A stretch of DNA of 64,000 nucleotides from Acutalibacteraceae bacterium (lineage in GTDB: Bacteria; Bacillota; Clostridia; Oscillospirales; Acutalibacteraceae): assembly GCA_050953725.1 (NCBI GenBank), contig JBMNNB010000003.1:463244-527243 (forward strand), read 5' to 3'. Positions 37,201 through 45,501 of the stretch are shown in pieces. Within the stretch, counting starts at the first letter, position 1. Every line of letters starts with the position of its first letter. Under the pieces are notes generated by a model, which saw only the letters and a list, made by a program, of their open reading frames with translations, ran no database searches and was not told the origin of the DNA. The position numbers and the translations under genes are program-made.

Positions 37201-37848
37201 GGCGACGGCTGGGCATACGACATCGGCTTCGGCGGTCTTGACCATGTAATCGCAGCCGGCGAGGATGTAAACATTCTCGTATTCGATACTGAGGTTTACT
37301 CCAACACGGGCGGTCAGGCTTCCAAGGCTACTCCGACAGGCGCAATCGCCAAGTTTGCTGCTGCCGGTAAGAGCGGAAAGAAGAAGGACCTTGCTCAGAT
37401 AGCCATGAGCTACGGCTATGTCTATGTAGCACAGATCGCTATCGGCGCCGACTACAACCAGACAATCAAGGCTATTACGGAGGCCGAGAGCTACAACGGA
37501 CCTTCAATCATCATCGCTTACGCCCCCTGCATCAACCACGGCATTAAGGGCGGCCTGACGGCAGGTATTGCCGAGGAGAAGAAGGCTGTTGAGTCCGGCT
37601 ACTGGCATACCTTCCGCTTCAATCCGCTGCTTGCTGCTGAGGGCAAGAATCCGTTCTCGCTCGACAGCAAGGCTCCGACGGCTGACTACCGTGAGTTCCT
37701 GCTCAACGAGGTACGTTACGCTTCGCTTATGAAGGCTATGCCCGAAAGAGCAGAGGCACTCTTCGCAGCATCCGAGAGCTACGCTAAGGATAAGTATGCA
37801 AGCCTCGTAAGGCTCAAGGATTACTATGAGCCGAAGACTGAAGCCTAA
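34273..37848 (+). CDS. nifJ: pyruvate:ferredoxin (flavodoxin) oxidoreductase
   Basis: 1,191 aa. Two 4Fe-4S motifs (CIQCNFCSYVCPHA and CTGCGSCASVCP). TPP-binding GGDGWAYDIGFGGLDH. AGGAGG RBS. Confidence 0.95.
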   Translation: MARKMKTLKGNSAAAYVSYAFTEVAAIYPITPSSDMAEETDKMSTDGVKNIFGQTVRVAEMQSEAGAAGAVHGSLAAGALTTTYTASQGLLLMIPNMYKIAGELLPNVIHVSARAVASHALSIFGDHSDIYACRQTGYAMLCSGNVQEVMDLGAVAHLATIKSRVPFLHFFDGFRTSHEIQKIHVWDYNELRDMVDMDCVNAFRRRALNPERPVLRGSAQNPDIFFQAREASNPFYDDVVVATEHYLAEVNKRAGTDYKLFNYYGAPDADRVIIAMGSVCDTIEETIDYLNANGEKVGLVKVRLYRPFSAKHLIEAIPETVKSISVLDRTKEPGSLGEPLYLDVVAALHDSKFKDVTILSGRYGLGSKDTNPTCVFAVYDNMKASEPKKRFTVGINDDVTNLSLPLTNHVDTTPEGTHSCKFWGLGADGTVSANQNSIKIIGDTTDMYAQGYFAYDSKKSGGVTISHLRFGKKPIKSTYYVNKADFVACHNPSYVDKYDMVQDLKKGGVFLLNCGWSEDELSHHLPAKMKKYIAENDIKFYTIDATSIAKELGLGGRVNTILQAAFFKLSGIIPVDKAVVLMKDAATRSYGKKGEKIVAMNHAAIDKGIDSAVEVKVPAEWKDAVDEAVVHEVKTDRPELKKFVEDVLNPVSAQKGDELPVSVFKDSPDGTFPQGSAAFEKRGIAVDVPNWIPENCIQCNFCSYVCPHAVIRPAVTNEEELKNAPEGMETLPMTGVPGLNFSITVSTLDCTGCGSCASVCPGKKGAKALEMKPIEQQLPKQKYFDYGLTLSDKPEVLEKFKPTTVKGSQFKQPLLEFSGACAGCGETPYAKLVTQLYGDRMYIANATGCSSIWGGSAPSTPYTVNKEGKGPAWANSLFEDNAEYGYGMMLANTQIRNRLEECVKLLADENITEALTEAANKWLETKENGSENTAASKALLAALSDAQKGSDDAKAAAAEIMNDADFLAKKSVWIFGGDGWAYDIGFGGLDHVIAAGEDVNILVFDTEVYSNTGGQASKATPTGAIAKFAAAGKSGKKKDLAQIAMSYGYVYVAQIAIGADYNQTIKAITEAESYNGPSIIIAYAPCINHGIKGGLTAGIAEEKKAVESGYWHTFRFNPLLAAEGKNPFSLDSKAPTADYREFLLNEVRYASLMKAMPERAEALFAASESYAKDKYASLVRLKDYYEPKTEA

Positions 37849-37913
37849 TTAAGAAAGTCCGGTTTAGAACTCTGTTGAGTTTTCTAAGACTGTTCTTTAA
37901 AGATTTATATAGG

Positions 37914-37946
37914 AAAAGGCAAGCTTAATAGCTTGCCTTTTTCTTT
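37914..37946 (+). terminator. Rho-independent terminator (PFOR)
   Basis: AAGGCAAGC (37916-37924) pairs with GCTTGCCTT (37931-37939), followed by a T-run. Confidence 0.85.
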
Positions 37947-38035
37947 TGCGCTTTGTTTGGGACTGTCCACTACATTAGCGAACGCACGGTGCCAAAAGAA
38001 AGAGAAAGATTACCGTTCTCAAAAGATGCTCATTG

Positions 38036-38076
38036 CTATTCCCCAAAAGTGAGTATTTTTTCGAATTTGGGAATAG
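38036..38076. repeat. 41-bp palindromic element (left copy) flanking the AAA ATPase gene
   Basis: CTATTCCCCAAA (38036-38047) pairs with TTTGGGAATAG (38066-38076). Loop is AGTGAGTATTTTTTCGAA. Confidence 0.7.
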
Positions 38077-38096
38077 GAACTTTTCTCTTTCGCATT

Positions 38097-39287
38097 TTAC
38101 CGCATAAGCCAATCAGCAATATCGATTACCCGTATTCCGTCAATATCATATTCAGGATATCCGGTTCTGGTAATGATAATTTTGGGATACGCATCTTTAA
38201 TTGCTTTCAAAGGAGCCAACTCCCTTTCCTTTGTTTTCTCTTCTTCGATGCTGTTTGATACCTGAATATACAACTTTTCATTACCTTTTATAGCTACAAA
38301 GTCGATCTCCTTTTTATATAGAATCCCAACATAAAGCTCATATCCGCGCCGCAATAATTCGAGTGCAACAATATTCTCCAAAGACCTGCCGAAGTCCATA
38401 TTCTTTGTGCCGAGTTTCGCATATTTGAAGGAATGATCGGCTAAATAGTACTTTTCCGTGCTTGACAGGTATTTTTTACCTTGAATGTCATACCTGCGGA
38501 CCTTATAAAATGCGAACGCCCTGCACAAATACTCAATATATTTGCTGATTGTTTTATGATCGGCCTTTTCGCCCTTTGCATTTATCTCTTTTGTAAGTTT
38601 GCGAGGAGATGTGAGATTTGCGATATTGTCTGTAAGGTAATCGGTAAGCGTGGAAAGAACATCAATGCTCCTGACTTTGTATTTCTGCTTAATATCCCGT
38701 AAAATCAAAGTAACAAACACATTTCGGATGTATTTTCGTTTATCGATATCTGTATGATAAACATATGAACCGGGCATCCCGCCTTCAAGCAAATACCTGC
38801 GATATGCTTCTTGTGTATCTGCGAGCTCATAGTAAGACACGAACTCTTTAAATGAAAAGGGGTAGACTTCTATTTCATAGGTGCGTCCGGTGAACAAAGT
38901 AGCCAGATCACTGCTCAGTAAAAACGCATTGGAGCCGGTAATATAAATATCATACTTTTCCGACGCATGAAGACTGTTAATTGCTTTCTCAAAACCGCTG
39001 CACATTTGAATTTCGTCAATGAATAAATAATTGACTGTTCCGCTGATATATCTGTCTTTGACATAATCCAATAAAGAGTGATACTCCATTAACGGTTCAA
39101 ATCTGTCGTCATTGAAATTAATATAAATTATATTGGCATTTGCTTCCTTTTGAGTAATCTTTGCTATAAAAGCCTCGAGCAGTTTGGATTTACCGCAGCG
39201 CCGAATACCGGTTATAACTTTTATATCCGGAGTTCCCTTTACAGCTTCAAGTTTTTGCAGATATTCCGGTCGTTCTATCAGCTTCAT
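38097..39287 (-). CDS. AAA+ ATPase with DUF4143-type C-terminal domain
   Basis: Walker A GIRRCGKSKL and Walker B YLFIDEIQ, with a restriction-endonuclease-like C-terminal region (EIDFVAIKGNEKLYIQV). AGGTGAG RBS before ATG 39287. Confidence 0.75.
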   Translation of the reverse strand: MKLIERPEYLQKLEAVKGTPDIKVITGIRRCGKSKLLEAFIAKITQKEANANIIYINFNDDRFEPLMEYHSLLDYVKDRYISGTVNYLFIDEIQMCSGFEKAINSLHASEKYDIYITGSNAFLLSSDLATLFTGRTYEIEVYPFSFKEFVSYYELADTQEAYRRYLLEGGMPGSYVYHTDIDKRKYIRNVFVTLILRDIKQKYKVRSIDVLSTLTDYLTDNIANLTSPRKLTKEINAKGEKADHKTISKYIEYLCRAFAFYKVRRYDIQGKKYLSSTEKYYLADHSFKYAKLGTKNMDFGRSLENIVALELLRRGYELYVGILYKKEIDFVAIKGNEKLYIQVSNSIEEEKTKERELAPLKAIKDAYPKIIITRTGYPEYDIDGIRVIDIADWLMR

Positions 39288-39318
39288 TTCTCTCACCTCG
39301 CAATGATTATACCATAAA

Positions 39319-39358
39319 TATTCCCCAAAATCAAAAAATTTATCACTTTTGGGGAATA
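39319..39358. repeat. 40-bp palindromic element (right copy, inverted relative to left copy)
   Basis: Perfect 12-bp arms TATTCCCCAAAA (39319-39330) and TTTTGGGGAATA (39347-39358). The reverse complement of the loop, GTGATAAATTTTTTGA, resembles the left-copy loop. Confidence 0.75.
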
Positions 39359-39392
39359 AAATATTTCAGATGAGACCAAATGGAATAAAAGT

Positions 39393-40112
39393 GTGCGGGC
39401 GAGGCTTGGCTCACGCTCACTCTTGACGATTTTCTTCCCTCGCCGGCGGGTCGTGCGAGCGGCGGGGCGAGGTGCGGGGAGATTGCTCGTCGTGCGGGCT
39501 TCGGCGGGGACTTCCTCCCACAACAGCAGGCGGGCGGTGGCGAAGAACGAAAAAAAAAGGGGCGGGGACGGCGGATTATTAGCCCCGTGCGGCAGGGCGG
39601 CGGTTTTTTCGCTCACCTCTCCCCATTGCAGCAAGGCAGGCAGGTGGGTGGAGTAAACGGCGTGCGGTGGCGGGGTGCGGGGAGATTGCTCGTCGTGCGG
39701 GCTTCGGCGGGGACTTCCTCCCACAACAGCAGGCGGGCGGTGGCGAAGAACGAAAAAAAAAGGGGCGGGGACGGCGGATTATTAGCCCCGTGCGGCAGGG
39801 CGGCGGTTTTTTCGCTCACCTCTCCCCATTGCAGCAAGGCAGGCAGGTGGGTGGAGTAAACGGCGTGCGGTGGCGGGGTGTCGCTCTCGTACGGCGCAAG
39901 AGGTGAAAGAAATAGGCGGAGACGGTGGGCGGAGCTGTCCGCTCCCCTCGCAATTGGATGACAGGGCGGGAAAAGAAAAAAGACGGGGCGTTCCCCTCGC
40001 CGGCGGGTCGTGCGAGCGGCGGGGCGGGGTGCGGCGGGGATGTACACTTCACTCGCAATCGGGTGCAGGCGGGTGGGCGCTCCCGTATGGGTGGGAGAGG
40101 GTGGATTCGGGC
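39393..40112. repeat. G+C-rich repeat island C with a perfect 203-bp tandem duplication
   Basis: 39471-39673 is identical by eye to 39674-39876 (the ORF track shows identical translations). A 33-bp direct repeat CCCTCGCCGGCGGGTCGTGCGAGCGGCGGGGCG occurs at 39437-39469 and 39994-40026. Confidence 0.9.
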
Positions 40113-40140
40113 ATGAAAAAGGGACGCATGATGCGTCCCT
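40113..40140 (-). terminator. Rho-independent terminator (beta-galactosidase)
   Basis: GGGACGCAT (40121-40129) pairs with ATGCGTCCC (40131-40139). The minus strand continues TTTTTC. Confidence 0.8.
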
Positions 40141-40172
40141 TCATTTGTGCGTTTTTTTGCCGTAGTTGCTTA

Positions 40173-43100
40173 TTAAAGCGGGAGGATTGTGAAGCTGAAG
40201 GCAAGGCCCTCCGAGGCGTCGATTACATATTCGGGGAGGGTGTCGGGGCCGCAGCTTGCGGTACCCGTGCCTCTGATAGCGCCGTCAAGGGTCAGCACCG
40301 TGGTCGGCTGCTCTTTAAGGTCCTCCTGATGCTGTGCTTCATAGAGGGCATTGACCGTGTAGTTGTGGGCGTTGAAAGCGAACTTGTCGTTCGCATAGAC
40401 CTTAATTCCCCTGCCCTGCTCGTCGGTTATGCTCAGCCACTTTACCTCTGTTCTCTCGCCGTTGTCCTGCGGGTAGATGTACGGCTCGTGCATAGCCTCG
40501 ACGGTTGTCTCGTAAATGCCCACCGGGGCGTGCGCCTTCATGTCGGGCAGGTTCTCCCTCTCGCCACGACCGAAGTATTTCACCTTGTCGAACTCCTTTT
40601 TGAGCTGGAGCACAAGGCCGAATCTCGGAATCTCGTTCGGTGCCTTGCTGTTTTTCGGCATTGTAAGCTCACTGCTTACCTCAACTGCGCCGAAGCCGCT
40701 TACAAGGTACTCGGTCTTAACATTGTACAGTGCCTTCTTCTTATAAACGATGTCGATATCGGTCAGAATCTGTACCTCACGCTCAAGAAGGCGGGTCTCA
40801 AAGCTCTTGAGAACCGGCTGTGCCTTATCGAGTCCCGCATCGAGCCACTTCTGCCTCTGCTTTGCGTCGTTGTCGAGAAGCGCCCTGAATACAAGCGGAA
40901 GCAGACCCGTAAGTCCCTCGGCGGGAGTCTGATTGATATACTCCTTGCCGTCCTTTACATATGAGGTGAGTGCGCCGGTTTCGGCGTTGAATCTGACCTC
41001 GCCGCCCTCAAAGCCGACGGTTACAAACTCGTTCTCTCTTGATACGGCAATAGCGTCTGAAATCTCAAACTCGTACTCAATCGGCACATCCCTTAATGTT
41101 ATCTGCTCGGTTGCGACGTGCCTGTCGCCGTCGGTATAGATAAAGTTGATATGCCAGCTGTTCCAGTCAGTCAGAGTCATATGCGGGATTTTTATAGTCT
41201 TAGAGCTGTTTGCGGGGATGTCGAGCTTTAATGTGCCGCTCTCCCTGACTTCGCCGTCGCAGAGAAGCTCCCAACGTATATCAAGATAGTCGGTTGAAAT
41301 GAAGTTATTCGTATTTGTAAAGACGAACTCGTCGTCTGAAACAGCCTTTGCGGTGACGGGCCTGTAAACCGTCTTTATAAGAATTGCTCCGGTGTGGGGG
41401 GTTCTGTCGGGATAGACCATGCCGTCCACGCAGAAGTGGCCGTCGTGCATCTTTTCGCCGTGGTCGCCGCCGTAGGTGTACTTAAAGGGATACTTCTTGT
41501 CGCCGGGCTCGTGATATACGGCGTGGTCAGCCCACTCCCAGACGCAGCCGCCCATGAACTGGTCGCTTGCGTTGAAGATGTCCCAATACTCCTGTAAGCC
41601 GCCGGGGCCGACGCCCATGGCATGGACATACTCGCAGAGGACCTCCGGCTTGCCCGTAAACTGCTTGCCCCTCTTGTGATTTATCATCTTTCTGAGGTTC
41701 TCGTGTGAGGGGTACATCTCGGAAATAACATCGTATGAGTGACGCCTTGTGCGGACAACGCCCTCATAATGAACGGGTATCTCTGTCACGGATTTAAGAT
41801 AGGCGTAGCACTTGTCGTGGCACTTGTAGCCGCCCGCCTCGTTGCCTAAAGACCATAAGGTGACGCAGGCGTGGTTCCTGTCACGGTAGAACATACGCTT
41901 GACCCTGTCCACATAGTGCTTGGCCCATTTAAGGTCGTGGCTTATGAAGCAATAGTCGCCTGTAAGCCTGCCGATTCCGTGGGTTTCGATATCCGCCTCG
42001 TCAATAACATAAATGCCGTAGACATCAGCAAGAGTCAGGAAGAAGGGGTCGGGAGGATAGTGTGATGTCCTGACTGTGTTGACATTAAGCTCCTTCATAA
42101 GCTTTATGTCACGCTCAAGGTCGTCAAGTCCCATGGCATAGCCCTTAGTCGGGTGGGTGTCGTGGTGGTTTACGCCCTTCATCTTTATCTTGCTGCCGTT
42201 GACGGTAAAGACCTCGCCCCTTATCTCTATTGTCCTGAAGCCCGTGAAGTTCCTGATGCTCATAAGCTCTTTGCCGCTCTGCTTCAGGGTAATATATACG
42301 TCGTAAAGCTCGGGGGTTTCGGCTGTCCACTCCTTAACACTAAGGTCGGTGAACTTAATTACCGTATGCTCCTCCGCTCCCGCTCCGGCTGTGGCAAACT
42401 CCTTGCCGTCCTTTATAATTTCAATCTCAACTTCGCAGTCCTTTGTGTCGCCCTTTAGCTCTACTTCGGCTGTGAGGTTGTACTTGTCGCCCTGCTTTGC
42501 GGTCTTGAGTTGATAATCGTAGACGAAGACAGGCTCATTTACCGTGATATATACGTCACGGAAGATGCCGTTTTCACGGAACATGTCCTGAGCCTCAAGG
42601 AAGGAGCCGTTGCACCACTTAAAGGATACGGCAAGAAGCTCGTTCTCGCCCTCCTTAAGATATTTTGTTATATCAAATTCCGCAGAATTGTGTGAGCCTT
42701 CCGAATAGCCCACAAAGCTGCCGTTGACATAGAGGTCAATGCAGGAGGACACGCCGAGGAAGGTTAAGATATAGTTCTTTGACACATCCCTTACGTCAAA
42801 GAGCTTTCTGTAAACGCCCACGGGCATATCCTCGGGGATGTTCGGGGGCTGCGAGATGAACTCATAGCGCTCGTTCAGATAAACAGGCTCCTGATAGCCT
42901 GTCCGCTGCCATGTTGAGGGCACATGTATTTTATCAAACTTAACCCTTGAGGTGTTAATGGTGTCGGGGAGCTTGGACTTTTTGGGATAGAACTTAAAAT
43001 CCCATTCGCCTGAGAGTACCTTCACCATATCGCTGGAATAACGCTCGCTTCTGAAATCCGTTGCCTTTAAAACGCTTTTTTCTTTAAAGGGGATAAAATA

Positions 43101-43175
43101 CGCTCTGGGGAAAAGCTTGTTCTTTTCAAAAATCGAAAAGGTGCAGTGATTGCTTTTCTCTATTGTGTACTTCAT
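40173..43175 (-). CDS. lacZ: GH2 beta-galactosidase
   Basis: About 1,000 aa. WSLGNEAG (acid/base Glu) and LCEYVHAMG (nucleophile Glu) motifs. GGGAGG RBS before ATG 43175. Confidence 0.9.
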   Translation of the reverse strand: MKYTIEKSNHCTFSIFEKNKLFPRAYFIPFKEKSVLKATDFRSERYSSDMVKVLSGEWDFKFYPKKSKLPDTINTSRVKFDKIHVPSTWQRTGYQEPVYLNERYEFISQPPNIPEDMPVGVYRKLFDVRDVSKNYILTFLGVSSCIDLYVNGSFVGYSEGSHNSAEFDITKYLKEGENELLAVSFKWCNGSFLEAQDMFRENGIFRDVYITVNEPVFVYDYQLKTAKQGDKYNLTAEVELKGDTKDCEVEIEIIKDGKEFATAGAGAEEHTVIKFTDLSVKEWTAETPELYDVYITLKQSGKELMSIRNFTGFRTIEIRGEVFTVNGSKIKMKGVNHHDTHPTKGYAMGLDDLERDIKLMKELNVNTVRTSHYPPDPFFLTLADVYGIYVIDEADIETHGIGRLTGDYCFISHDLKWAKHYVDRVKRMFYRDRNHACVTLWSLGNEAGGYKCHDKCYAYLKSVTEIPVHYEGVVRTRRHSYDVISEMYPSHENLRKMINHKRGKQFTGKPEVLCEYVHAMGVGPGGLQEYWDIFNASDQFMGGCVWEWADHAVYHEPGDKKYPFKYTYGGDHGEKMHDGHFCVDGMVYPDRTPHTGAILIKTVYRPVTAKAVSDDEFVFTNTNNFISTDYLDIRWELLCDGEVRESGTLKLDIPANSSKTIKIPHMTLTDWNSWHINFIYTDGDRHVATEQITLRDVPIEYEFEISDAIAVSRENEFVTVGFEGGEVRFNAETGALTSYVKDGKEYINQTPAEGLTGLLPLVFRALLDNDAKQRQKWLDAGLDKAQPVLKSFETRLLEREVQILTDIDIVYKKKALYNVKTEYLVSGFGAVEVSSELTMPKNSKAPNEIPRFGLVLQLKKEFDKVKYFGRGERENLPDMKAHAPVGIYETTVEAMHEPYIYPQDNGERTEVKWLSITDEQGRGIKVYANDKFAFNAHNYTVNALYEAQHQEDLKEQPTTVLTLDGAIRGTGTASCGPDTLPEYVIDASEGLAFSFTILPL

Positions 43176-43373
43176 TTTCTGTCCTCCCTGTTTTAGAGCT
43201 TGCCAGCTCTGAATTAACCTTATGAATAGTAACACAGTCAGGAAAATATTTCAACAAAACCCTGCGATTTGTAAAGGTTTTAGGGTGATTTGCGGATTTG
43301 TTATATCTGTGTGAACAGAAAACGGGGAAAATCGACAGGGAAATCTTTGTCAAAAAGCTTTCACAAAAAAGGC

Positions 43374-43402
43374 TTGCTAAATGGAAAGTTTTTGTTTATA
43401 AT
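43374..43402 (+). promoter_or_regulatory. promoter of the 47-aa small ORF
   Basis: TTGCTA (43374-43379), 17-nt spacer, TATAAT (43397-43402). Confidence 0.6.
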
Positions 43403-43464
43403 TAATACACAAAGCTATAATATATTGCGACAGACTGCTGATTCCATTGAAAGGAGGCATATTA

Positions 43465-43608
43465 ATGGGTAGAGCTTTCTGGGTAGCCAAGATGGCTGCT
43501 AAAATAGCAAAGATTCTGTACAAGCTTTCTAACATTTCTTTCTTCCAGTTCCTTATCTCTTACTTCGGTCCGGAGGAAACAACTGAGCCCGAATCCGAGC
43601 GCGACTAA
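43465..43608 (+). CDS. 47-aa amphipathic small protein (below the ORF-track length cutoff)
   Basis: AAGGAGG lies 7 nt upstream of ATG 43465. Sequence MGRAFWVAKMAAKIAKILYKLSNISFFQFLISYFGPEETTEPESERD. It has its own promoter and terminator. Confidence 0.55.
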   Translation: MGRAFWVAKMAAKIAKILYKLSNISFFQFLISYFGPEETTEPESERD

Positions 43609-43631
43609 CTTTTATATAATGTGCACATATT

Positions 43632-43662
43632 AAAAAGGCAACGAACTGTCGTTGCCTTTTTA
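43632..43662 (+). terminator. bidirectional terminator
   Basis: AGGCAACGA (43636-43644) pairs with TCGTTGCCT (43649-43657), flanked by A5 and T5. Confidence 0.85.
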
Positions 43663-43675
43663 ATTTGCCTTATTA

Positions 43676-45268
43676 TTATTTTATTTTGCCCTTGTGGACC
43701 GGCTCGACAATTACGGGCAGGTAGTCTATTACTATCTGTGCCAGCTTTACAAGGAACTCGTTGGGCAGGATGTCCTTTGCGCCGTCCTTTATGAATTTTG
43801 TTATGTTTACGACCTCCGGCGTGCTGGAGGGCTTCATTTTGACCTTATTGCCGTCGAAGGTAAAGGCAAGCCTGCGCTTTGCAATTGTTTCTATCGGGCG
43901 GATGTCTAAGATAAGCGTGTTTCTCGGCCTCCAGCATGCGCTTGCAAGCACCCTGTAATCAATTCCGCCGAGCCTCATTACGCCCTCTCTGTACTTGCCG
44001 TCCATGCCGCAGGCGACCGTGTTCTTCTCGTCGCCCTCGGTCCATGTGAAGCTGCATTCGTCGTCGCCGAAGTTAAAGACGATGTTGTCTATATTGCCCG
44101 CCTTGTCGGTGGTCATATAGGTGACCGCAAGGGGCAGTACGCTCATGGGGAAGCCCGCAATATTCAGCAGGAGCTTCTTTCGCATCTTTATCCTTCTGCC
44201 ATCAAGCCTTTTCTCCAGAATGCTCCTTGAGTTATAAAGTGGCTTTTCTAAACAGAGCTTTGAAAGCTCTTCACTTAAATTCTCGACCACATAGCCCTCT
44301 TTACCAGCGTTGTCAAAGGCTGCGGGGAAGAATTTCCACATGCTGTCAAGCACTCTCTGGGTTATGGCCTCTGCGCCCGTAAAGGCGACGACTGCGTTAT
44401 ACTCCTTGAAAACTATGCCGAACTGACCGAACAGTCCCTCGCAGCGGTATGAGGGGGTATTCAGATTGCACATCCAGAAGCAGTAGCCGTAGCCTGCGCT
44501 TGAGTCGGGGGCGGTGCCTAAGTTGTTGTCGACGTGCTTAACCGTAGCCGTCCTGGTCCACTCCTCGGGGATGACCTGCCTGCCCTCGAATTTGCCGTCC
44601 TGCAGATAGCAGAGCATAATCTTTGCAATGTCCTCGGTCTTAAGGTAGATGCCCCAGCCGCCTGCCTCTATGCCGTTTCTGTCGGTCTCCCAGAAGGGGT
44701 AATCGATGCCCAGCGGCTCGAAAAGACGGGGCTGAAGGTAATCCCTTATGCACATGCCGGTGACCTTATGTATGATTGCGCTCAAGACATAAATATTCTC
44801 ATTGACATACCTGAAGTCCGTGCCGGGCTTTGCATACCAGGGGGATTTCATGAAATCGTCCAGCCAGTCGATTTTGCCCTTGTCCTTTAAGATATCCACA
44901 TTCTTGCCCGAACACATGGAAACAAGGTGCCTGATATTGAGCTGATTTAAGTAACTGTCCTTCTTATTCTCCCTGTACTCCGGGAAGATATCAACCACAA
45001 GGGTGTCAAGGCTTATAAGCCCTTCGCTTACCGCAAAGCCTATGGCCGTAGAGGTTACGCTCTTTGAAACCGAATAGCAGGAATGGGGTCTGTTAGCTGA
45101 AAAGGGATGATTGTAGCATTCGACGGCTACCTTGCCGTCACGGATGACCATGAGTGAGTGCATCTCGATATTGTTTGCCTTTAAATCATCAATAAATTCC
45201 TTAATGCAACCCGAAGAAACGCCGACAGCCTCCGGGCTTTCGGCTCTTGGTATTTTGATTGCCGACAT
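43676..45268 (-). CDS. serine hydrolase, beta-lactamase/PBP-like family
   Basis: SxxK motif (YSVSKSVTS) and a class-C-like N-terminal domain plus an extra C-terminal domain. AGGAGG RBS. Confidence 0.7.
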   Translation of the reverse strand: MSAIKIPRAESPEAVGVSSGCIKEFIDDLKANNIEMHSLMVIRDGKVAVECYNHPFSANRPHSCYSVSKSVTSTAIGFAVSEGLISLDTLVVDIFPEYRENKKDSYLNQLNIRHLVSMCSGKNVDILKDKGKIDWLDDFMKSPWYAKPGTDFRYVNENIYVLSAIIHKVTGMCIRDYLQPRLFEPLGIDYPFWETDRNGIEAGGWGIYLKTEDIAKIMLCYLQDGKFEGRQVIPEEWTRTATVKHVDNNLGTAPDSSAGYGYCFWMCNLNTPSYRCEGLFGQFGIVFKEYNAVVAFTGAEAITQRVLDSMWKFFPAAFDNAGKEGYVVENLSEELSKLCLEKPLYNSRSILEKRLDGRRIKMRKKLLLNIAGFPMSVLPLAVTYMTTDKAGNIDNIVFNFGDDECSFTWTEGDEKNTVACGMDGKYREGVMRLGGIDYRVLASACWRPRNTLILDIRPIETIAKRRLAFTFDGNKVKMKPSSTPEVVNITKFIKDGAKDILPNEFLVKLAQIVIDYLPVIVEPVHKGKIK

Positions 45269-45501
45269 GACTGCCTCCTGATTATATTAAATTTGGATTT
45301 CGCCAAATAACTTTACACAAACACATATATTTTAATACGCTCTTAATGCAAATTCTTTTATTAGGTGTGAACAAATAATAAAAAATTACTAAAATTTACA
45401 TTTTCCTTCCCCCGTCGAGATTTTTTTGTGTTAATACTTGTACAATAAAGAATATGAAGCTAAACTTAATAGCATAACCATTCGCACTGAAAGGTGAAGA
45501 A

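Noticed and set aside
39293-40964. ORFs in island C (39293..39724, 39613..40047, 39393..39656, 39587..39859) and the 364-aa ORF 39870..40964 (+).
   Set aside because: The first four are repeat-derived, with identical peptides from the 203-bp duplication. The 364-aa ORF starts in the G-rich island, crosses the lacZ terminator and runs antisense through the 3' end of a well-supported GH2 gene.
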